Source of the DNA: Camelus dromedarius
Taxonomy: Eukaryota
Length of the DNA: 64,000 nucleotides
Assembly (NCBI RefSeq): GCF_036321535.1
Contig: NC_087447.1
Location: 42,968,001-43,032,000 of the forward strand
Direction of reading: 5' to 3'
Part shown: positions 54,824 through 64,000 of the stretch, one piece after another
Position numbering within the stretch: the stretch's first letter is position 1
Layout of the letters: every line of letters starts with the position of its first letter
Notes under the pieces: model-generated
The model's database searches: none
Seen by the model: only the letters and a program-made list of their open reading frames with translations
Told to the model about the DNA's origin: nothing
Program-made: the position numbers and the translations under genes

Positions 54824-54944
54824 TCCATATTGTCAGTTTAATTTTGCTTGCTTTTTCTGTTGATTTCTAAGAGAGTTATTAAAGTCACCCACCAAGATAG
54901 GACTTTGATAGATTCTTTACGTACTTTTAGTAGATTTCTTGAAA

Positions 54945-55320
54945 ATATATAGTGTATTGAAATATAATTTACATATAGTAAAATGCACAGATTTTAAGTG
55001 TAAAGTTTAATGGGTTTTGACAAATGCATTTACTTATATAATCATCACCCCAGTGAAGATATAGAACATTTCCATTACCCCAGAAATTTCCTTTGTGTCC
55101 CTCTCAGTCACTCCCCCATCCAGACCCTGCAACGACTGATGATTCCCATTGCCTTAGCTGAGTTTTGCTTGTCTAGAACTTGATATAAATTGAAGCATAA
55201 GTATATATTCTTTTGTGTCCATCTTCTTCTGTTCCATGTGATGATTTTGAGACTTACCCATGTTGTTATATCAGTAGTTTATTCATTTTTTTTGCTGGGG
55301 AGTATACCTAGTTCATTGTT
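54945..55320 (-). mobile_element. Old L1M 3' end
   Basis: aaaatgcacagattttaagtgta..tttgacaaatg..atatagaacatttccattaccccagaaa motif. Confidence 0.7.
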
Positions 55321-57077
55321 TTTTTGCCTACTTGATACATAAAGTTTCTAAATTGTTTTATCTTATTTGGGAAGAGGCTACTTGAGATTCTGTTCATATC
55401 CTCCTGTTGGCAAAAGACAGCTGGTCTGTAGTTACACGGGGAAAATATATCCAAGCACCCTGAGTTTTATGCCTGCTTATTAGTTGTCTACACTGATAAC
55501 AAGTGAGAGAACAAGAGGGAAGACAGATGGTTTCTGGAGCTTTGCTGACTTCCTGAATGGCTCCTTGGCACAGTCGTTCTGGCCTCTGCCTCCCTGTGAG
55601 AGCTGTGATGACAGTGCAAGAGAAATGCCCCTGATCACGAAGAACTCTGAAAGAGTGCGGGCTGCTAATCCCGGGCCCCTGCTGTGTGATGCCTCGACGT
55701 GGAGATCTGCTGTTGTCAGAAGCACATGACCATAGAGCAACTTGAACTTCAATGGCCCAGTATTTTAAAAATTTAAGTAGAGTTAAAGAATACAAGTAGT
55801 TACTTAAAGGAAAATAATAATTAGTTAATTTTCAATGATTTGGAGACAAATTTCTCAGTTTAACTATCTATAGTTGAGCCTTTTCTCATTCTTTCTCCTG
55901 TTTACTTTTCGACTCCTTTTTGTGGCTTTTAAGTTCCTTTAACAGTAGGAAGAGGAAATGAAATTTCATTTGCTTTTGATAATTATAAAAGATGTGTGTT
56001 TGGAGGGAGATTGAAACTGCTTCCTAAAGTAAAAACACTTTCTACGTGGGAGGTGCTCTGTAACTATGTCACTTGAGATAAGTCACTTAATATGTATAGC
56101 AGAACCTTAGTTTCCTTACTGGCAAAGTGAGTCAAATGCTTACATACCCATGTCACATGACTCTTACCATAACTTATACGAATAACATCATTTATCCAGA
56201 AGTACTTCGTGAATTTTAAGTTCTATTCAAATATATACAGGTGACCCTTGAATGACGCCAGGGTTAATCCTTGGTAACCTAGAGTTGGCCCTCCCTGAGA
56301 TCCCGAGCTGTCTACAGGGCATAACAGACATTCCCTGAGATAGCATATGTGACTTTTTAAAAAGCCAGCCATTCTAAAAATCTAATCATTAAAAAATGTG
56401 CTACCTCAAAGTAAAAAAATGTTCTCCTTCGAGAAGATCGTTTAAAGGACGCCTGTTGTGGACACATTGCAGGGAAGAAGCACGGAACGGGGGAGTCAGG
56501 AGTGCCTGCATCCTCGTCCTCATCCTGTGACTAATTGGCTGTTTGATCGAGTTATGCTGTAGGAGCTCACTCTTTGTCTTAGTTTTCTCATTTTGAAAAG
56601 GTGGAAAATAATTCATATTCTGTCATAGGAGTGCTATGATGTTGTTATTATTATTGTTACTTTACTAAAGTGATTTATAACCATTTATCTTAGTTTCTCT
56701 GTAAATCCAGATTTCCACACATTGGGCTTGCTTTAAATTGTATCTGCTTGAGACATGTTTTCAATTCTATTTTTGGAGAAGAACTGAGATATTGTTGTCT
56801 TCTTCTGTAACGACACGATCTTTGCAAAAATCATTTCTTAACAACTTGAAAGGGATGGAGAGTCGTACATTTAGCCCTACAGTTTGTGCCGTCGTTCACG
56901 AGAAGCCAAATGACAGGAGTGAGGATGTGGCGACGTCAGTCGTTAAGGCCCGTGTATTATTCATGCAACAGCTGCTGGTGGTTCTCTTTTTCCCTGTCGG
57001 GGAATAAATTGCAACACATCAGCACATTTTTCATGCTTTGTGTTTAAGCATTTAAAAGTCATTTATTGTATTATTAA

Positions 57078-57182
<105 letters not shown>

Positions 57183-58971
57183 TAAGTAGCCTGCTAAAGT
57201 ACAGTTAAAATGAATGGTGGTCCCTAACAGTAGCATTACATAGATTTTAAATTAAGACTAAACAGTATTGTTTTAAGAAAGCGACTGAAGAAACAATTGG
57301 AAAGTGGTTGTAGAATCTGTCTTATTAGTTGTCAGGTACATCCATTAGGTATTTTTAAATACAGTAAATTTATAACTTTCAGTTTTGCTTTTCACTGATC
57401 TGTAAATGCTGCGATACACTGTGTGATCTGAGCAAAGTGAAAAACTTGCCTCAGCATCTCCCTGATCTTTGCTACAAACCAAAAACTTCTTTGTATTTTC
57501 TCAAGAGACTCACTGGTAGAGCATCAGGTAGAGGGAGGTACTGGGACCTGGCACCAGAGCCACTGATAGGCAGGGCATGTGCGACTAGACAGAGGCTCAG
57601 CCCAGGATCCAGGGAGTGTTCTGTAGTTCCTAATCCCCTTAATGCTACTGAAAACGTTGGCCTTTTCTGCTCTCCCTTCTGTCTTACTCTGAAGATTCAG
57701 TCTAACCTCAGGTCCTGTGTTTTTCCTTTGAAATATCCTCACCTATTATTTCATTTCTCTTCACTCGTGTCCTTTCTCTTTATGGTCCCTTTTCTAGAAT
57801 ATTGCAGTGTCTTTCTGTCTCTTCTCCTGCCTCTGGTTCATCCTTCACACAGTTGTCAGGGTTGTCTTTCTAAATCACAGATCTGATTGTACTGCTTTCC
57901 TGATGAACAACCTCTGATAATTCTCCCTCACCGTAGAAAAATGTCAAGGCATCCCCGCATGCATGGCTCACATCTTTCCCAGCCTGGCTCCAGCAAGCGT
58001 CTCCAATCTTGGTCTGCACGTGTGGTCCCACGTACCTACTCTGTGCTGGTGGCCACGCTAGGCCACTCCTTATGACATAGACACCACACTGTGGGCTTCT
58101 GGGTCTTTGCTCATGCAGTTTCTGCTGCCCAGATATTCTTTTTTCTTCTCTACTAACCCCTTTCCTGAGTGTATCTGGCTCACACATTGACAACTTCTAT
58201 TTCCCTAACTCCTGCTCTACCCCGGCAGAATAAGTACATTCGTTATGTGTATACTTTCCCACACTCCACAGAGGATTTAAGGCAACGTACAAAGATGCAT
58301 GTAAAACAGTGATGTTGAAAGAAAAACAAAATAATAAGCATATTTAGTCATGAAAGTTTGCACGTGTGTAAACTTGTTAGAATTAGTTGTTCACTTTTCT
58401 GTGTTCTCATAGCACTTTTAGAAACAAGATTATAATGTAATGTAATTATTATATTATGTGTAGTGTGACTGCTTTTCTTGCCCTAAACTCCATGAAAGAC
58501 AGCGATCTTATATTATTCATCTTTACAGCCCTGGTATCTGGTACCATAGTAGGTGTGTAGTCAGTGCTCCATACATGTTTGTTAAATTGAATTAAAGTGA
58601 ATTGTTTAGGAGGTGTTTTGAAAAGTTAGTGGTCATTATTCTGCCTCTGGTGAATAGGAAAATTCTTAGGTTGACGCAACATCAGTTTTATGGTCATTTT
58701 GAAGAGTTCGCTGTGCGCTGCCTCTTCCAGATCGTTTCTAAATACTGACATCACAGTAGGTGCTTTTTCACAGTTCTGTGAACTGGAATACACAGGCAGT
58801 AGAAACTGGATGATGTGGTTGTAGCTATCACTCAGATGATCAACACACATCACTGCTTAGATTGCATAAAGTATAAATGTATGCACAAAGTTCTTGATTA
58901 TTGTTTTGTGCTAATCAGAATCATATCATAAAAATTCTGAGCCTTAGTTTTTAATTAAGAATATAACTATT

Positions 58972-59077
58972 GGGGGTGGTGGATAGAGCTCAGTAGTAGA
59001 GCACATGCTTGGCATGCGTGAGATTCTGGGTTCACTCCCCAGTATCTTTGTTAAGGGAAAAAAATATTTATATATAC
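58972..59077 (+). mobile_element. tRNA-Ala-derived SINE, short form
   Basis: agctcagtagtagagcacatgcttggcatgcgtgagattctgggttcactccccagta; TSD ataactatt at 58963 and 59078. Confidence 0.82.
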
Positions 59078-60638
59078 ATAACTATTTAAAGTTAATGTTT
59101 TATACTCTTGAGACTTTCTAGATAGCCCAAGTCAAATGTAATATATGTAATCTATTATTACATCATTCACGTAATGTTTGCTGCCCTCAGTTTGAATTTT
59201 GGTGTTAAGGAAAGTGATAATGTATTACATATCTTAAAACTTTTTTCTCCTACTTAAAGATGTAATTTTAATTTTTCTGCTTGTGAGCATGACTGCATAT
59301 CATAATAATGACATCTTTTTTTTCTTTACAGTAGATTCTTACTTAGCTAATCAGTACTCATTCATTAATCTGCCAGAGCCCAGTGGTCTTATAGATAATT
59401 TCCTTCACCAAGGGCATAAACATATTCCTTTTTCCAGGGAGGTTATTTTCTTATTTATTAGTTACCCCTGACTCGTTGCTACTTAATTGGACAATGATAA
59501 CATAGTTTCTCAAGGTGAAATTAACATAAATACTCTTTACGGGCACAATCTTCTCTGTTTTGATTCCTGTGAAACAGAAAATAATAGGAAGGCTTTAAGA
59601 GGCATTTTTCATGTCTTGGATTCCCTTTTCTGAATGTGCAGAAAATTGCCATAATAAAATTTCATATGCTGCTGATTGACCAACCATTAGATACATTTGG
59701 TGTAAGTAAAATTGCAAAGGACAGAAAAAAGTGGAATTTTTTAAACATAGCCCTTAAGCTATGGTTGCATGCTAGTCAGGCAGTGCAGGAGCCGCTAGGA
59801 AACTGGTGAATGTGCATATCACTGGTTGTTAACAGACTCAATGAGCTGAGCTTTTGCCAGCCTGTACTTGTGATAATAGATAGTAATTGTCCATAAGATC
59901 ATTTTTCTGGCTTTTGTTTAAAAGCTGCATTTTAAAACTAAACAATAGAGAGGCAAGTAATATGAGAGAGAGGAGGGTCAGAATGAGCTGGAGAAATAGA
60001 AAGCATTAAAATGAGAGTTCTCAGAACAATTTGTTAAATACCTATCTCTTAACAAGAACCTATTGGTAAATGAAAAGTTCTACTATTCAGCCTAGTTTGA
60101 TAAACTATGAGGACGAAACAGCTTCCTCCCCTCCCCTAGGAAAATCGTTATCATCATAATCATTATCATGTAAAATATTTACCAAATCTAGACTTGTTCC
60201 AAAAATATTCATGGGAAAGATTTTTAAAGAACTTAAAGAAAAATGTAACTTAAAAAATCAGCAAAAATCTGTTAAGAGATTTAGAGATCATTATACTTAT
60301 GCACACAATAGACCAGCATTTGGGAAGTGTAGTGGATGTATGCCATTTTATTCTTTCGGTAATAAAGTGAGAAAATACAATCCTGAGAGTTAAAGACTAG
60401 ACATACAGAGCTGCCTCTGTGATGAGCCCAAGTCCATCTTCCATCTGGTTGTCATTGGGAAAATCTGATTTTCGTCTTCAGGGCTGCCCTCCAAGGTTGG
60501 GTTCGACAATAAAGATGATGGCTAGCATTTGCAGCTTTTAAGCATGTTCTTATAGTTTTGGACTGGATCACCTCTTGAAGCATTGGCTTACCATGCTTGT
60601 AAACTATAGTACAGTACTTCCTTTCAAAAGGTTCTAGT

Positions 60639-60750
60639 GGAGAGGGTATAGCTCAGTGGTAGAGCGCATGCTTAGTGTGCACGAAGTCCTGGGGTCAATC
60701 CCTAGTACCTCCATTAAAATAAATAAATAAATAAATAAACCTAATTACCC
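60639..60750 (+). mobile_element. tRNA-Ala-derived camelid SINE
   Basis: gggtatagctcagtggtagagcgcatgcttag...tacctcca (taaa)n cctaattaccc; no terminal A tail or TSD seen. Confidence 0.87.
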
Positions 60751-61127
60751 AGTTTGAATTATGTACTTTAAGGCATTCATTAAACAGTGCCCACAGAGAA
60801 GTGTTTCTCCTCTATTATCCACTGCTCCTGTGCACTTCAACTCAACTTGCACACTTTTCTGTAATTTAACCCCATTTAAGCTTAGTGTTTCCCCACCTGG
60901 AAGAACTTTGGGTCATTTGCAGATCTGGAGGTTTCAATGTATACAAGAGCCTAACACTGATCTTGCAAAACTCCTTTCCTTCCATTTCTATGTCCAGAGA
61001 AGTTCCTACCTTTTACTCTCCTTTACTTAAATATGAAGCACCACTGCTTCCAAGTTCTGTGGAAACTTAGGTTTTAATACCCTTATTTTGATTAATTTAA
61101 AAATCTAAACAAATTGATTGTCTTTGA

Positions 61128-61280
<153 letters not shown>

Positions 61281-61568
61281 TAAGAAACCTGACCGGTAAT
61301 TCTCATACTTAAAAACCTCTGTTTAATCATTAAATTTACTTGTAGAAATAAACACTGTATACTTGTGGAAATAGTGATATCTTCACTGTGATTGTTACAA
61401 AGCTTTCAACAAAAACAGAAAATACATCATAAAAATTGAAGAGGAAATTTGCTGATTATCTAGCTAATTTTTTTTTTACTAGAGACCATAAACCAGGTAA
61501 TACAAACAATAAAACCTCACTTAAGGCCTTAAAGTTTATTTAATATTGGCCATTTATACTGAAAATAT

Positions 61569-61765
61569 TTTTTATTGAAATATAGTTGATTTAGTGTTTC
61601 AGGTATACAGCAAATGTATCAGTTATATATATATTCTTTTTCAGATTTTTTTTCCATTATAGGTTATTACAGGATATTGAATATGGTTCCCTGTGCTATA
61701 CAGTAGGTCCTTGTTGTTTATCTGTTTTGTATACAGTAGTGTGTATCTGTTAATTCCAAATTCCC
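61569..61765 (-). mobile_element. Short L1 3'UTR insertion
   Basis: ttgaaatatagttgattta..ttccctgtgctatacagtaggtccttgttg. Confidence 0.8.
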
Positions 61766-61830
61766 ACTGATGATGTTTATTTTGTAACTGACATCTTCCC
61801 TTCATATCATACAGACCTAATCCTAAATAA

Positions 61831-62019
<189 letters not shown>

Positions 62020-62549
62020 TGATGTGCTATCACTGCTTATTTCTTTTCATTTGGCCTTGTAGTTTATATATAGTCTTCTTAAAACAGTCATTTAGTTTCA
62101 TTTCTGACAAGTTAAAAAAAATTATTGAGTGTTGACACATTTCTGAAATGGGGATTTTCAAATTGTTAAAATTACTACCACAGTTTACATATGTTTATAG
62201 AGGTTTAGATGAACTTTGCTTTCGTATCAAGTCCGGTAGAATAGAGCTGAGAAACGTCCATTGTTAAAGCTGTGGAGTATTGAAGCAGTCTGTATGGTTT
62301 AGTGATGTAAAGCACTAGAACTATCCACTTCCTTTTTCAACTCTTTGGATGCAAGGAGTCTTTAGGAACTCAGAAAAGCCAAGGTCTTCTAACAGTGGTT
62401 GTTGCCTGGCTTGAAATTTTGAGTAATTATTCATTTACATATTGCTTTTCCTATTAGACTAATGCCTCAAGCATAGACCCTATGTGTTTCTGATCTTTGT
62501 TTCCTTGTACCCAGAACGTCACCTGGTCACAATAGGAACTTTTGAAAGA

Positions 62550-63011
62550 GGCTGCTGCTACCTCTCAGTATTTATTCTCTTTTTCTTCTGTGGTAATGAG
62601 GACCCTGACTTTTAGCTGGTAACATTGCTATCTAGTCCTCTTTGCTAGTTATCCCCCATCTTTGCTAGTTATCATGCTTGTCAATGAAATCTAAGTGGAC
62701 TTATGAGCAATTTCTGGAAAGTGTCCTTAAATGGGGAGAGTACAGCATTCCTCATATCCATCTTCTTCCAGGTGCCTGGAATGCAGCTGTGATGGGTGGA
62801 GTTTGAGTAGCCGTATTAGACCACAAAGTGGAGTTTATAAACAGGACGGCAGAGCAACAAGATGCAAGGAACCAGGGCTGTTAGTGTATAGAGCTGCTGT
62901 GCCAGCCCTTGACTGCCGACCTCCAGACATTTTTATATGAGCAGGAAACAAACATCTGTCTTCTTTGAGACACTGTAAAATATGCAGTTGAACCTAGTAC
63001 CAATTAATACA
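62550..63011 (+). mobile_element. MaLR LTR (MLT1J-like)
   Basis: gcctggaatgcag.tgtgatgg, ggcagagcaacaagatg.aaggaacc, gcagttgaacct...aataca. Confidence 0.65.
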
Positions 63012-63229
63012 GTACTCAGTAAATAATTGCTGAATGAGTAAATGATTCAGGAAATGAGTAAGTCTGTAGGTATCTTAGAAAATATCTGAGAATTGAAATT
63101 GGAGATGTCAAGAGACATAGGAATATTGCTAAGCAACATTTATCTATGAAAAAATTATTATTTTACATCTATTACTTGCTAGACGCTGTGTGTTAGGTAC
63201 CAGAGATACATGATGTGCTTATATTGCAG

Positions 63230-63910
63230 TAATATTGTTGAGAGATGATGGTGGCTTGGACAGGGTGGCAGCAAGAGAGTTGAATGGAAGTAAATGTGAT
63301 ATACTTTTTAGGTGTATTTGATAAGACTTGGTGGTGGATTAGATAAGGGATGAGTCAAGGATGATTTTTAGATGTTACTTTAATAACTGGTTGGATGGTG
63401 GTGCCATTTACTGAGATGTGGAAGACTGTAGGAGAATCAGTTCCCCCCCGCCCCAGGGGGAAGAGTGGTGAATCAAGGGTTCCATATTAGACATGCTAAA
63501 TTTGAGATGCCTATGTGACAGCCAGATGGAGATATCAAATAGATCATTGACTGTATGAGCCTGGAACTGGAGAGGTACGAGCTGGAGACATAAATTTGTA
63601 AATCATGAGTATATAGATGCCATGTAAAGCCATCGGGCTGAAGAGATAACTTAGGAAGAAAGTACAGATAGAAAAGTCAAGCCTCAGCACCTTGCCTTTA
63701 GACACTAAACGTTTAGAAGAGGAGAAGCTAGCAATGGAGGCTGGAAAGGAACAGCTGATGAGGAAGGAGGAAAATTAGGAGGGTGGTGCCAGGGAAGTTA
63801 AGTGAGAAAGCAAGTGCAGTAGGCTCCCAGGTAAATGCTGCCGAGGGGTCAAGATGAGAATGAGAAGTTTTCGTTAGAATGGCCCACAGAGAGGTCCATG
63901 GTGACCCTGA
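63230..63910. mobile_element. L2 fragment
   Basis: ggatggtggtgccatttactgagat, gacatgctaaatttgagatgcct, gctggagacataaattt motifs. Confidence 0.75.
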
Positions 63911-64000
63911 AGACCCAGATACGTTTAGATACCATCAATTTATAGTGATATCACTCTTTTAAAAAATTCTCTGATTTTCCTTTGTTGATTTCTAATCATT

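Noticed and set aside
55604..55650. C/D-box snoRNA-like motif (gtgatga...ctga...ctga)
   Set aside because: Only ~46 nt long, with no terminal stem and no recognisable guide.
55394..55795. Three overlapping ORFs in a GC-richer intronic patch
   Set aside because: No recognisable homology, convincing splice signals or poly(A)/TSD of a retrocopy.
60639..60713. Functional tRNA-Ala gene (also the other SINE heads and the tRNA-Glu-like 32902-32961)
   Set aside because: Stems are mutated or deleted, and SINE tails or TSDs mark them as retroposed copies.
62639..62673. 20-bp period micro-duplication (tctttgctagttatc x2)
   Set aside because: Ordinary slippage duplication inside an old LTR.

Overview
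Mammalian genomic DNA, very probably camelid (five tRNA-Ala-derived vic-1-type SINEs). The window covers much of the STK33 (serine/threonine kinase 33, CAMK group) gene on the + strand. Ten coding exons (ATG at 32299 to 61986) were read by hand. All have GT-AG boundaries and compatible phases, and they join into an uninterrupted 382-codon frame containing the whole kinase domain ([23 protein letters not shown]). The promoter/first exon and the C-terminal exons lie outside the window, so 1-32 kb appears to be 5'-UTR intron sequence. The rest is typical AT-rich intron with L1, L2, MIR, SINE, LTR and MER elements. Almost all ORFs in the supplied track are spurious or decayed L1. I found no convincing novel gene system. 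The most interesting observations are: (i) an upstream ATG with competing splice sites in the start-codon exon, which could give either a 135-aa overlapping uORF or an in-frame extension; (ii) a tRNA-Glu/tRNA-Ala composite retroposon inside one TSD pair; (iii) a 4.5-kb L1 that keeps its 5'UTR but lacks ORF1 and the endonuclease; (iv) a CpG-rich, CRE-like patch upstream of the APE exon. Repeat family names come from remembered consensus sequences, not from a database search.
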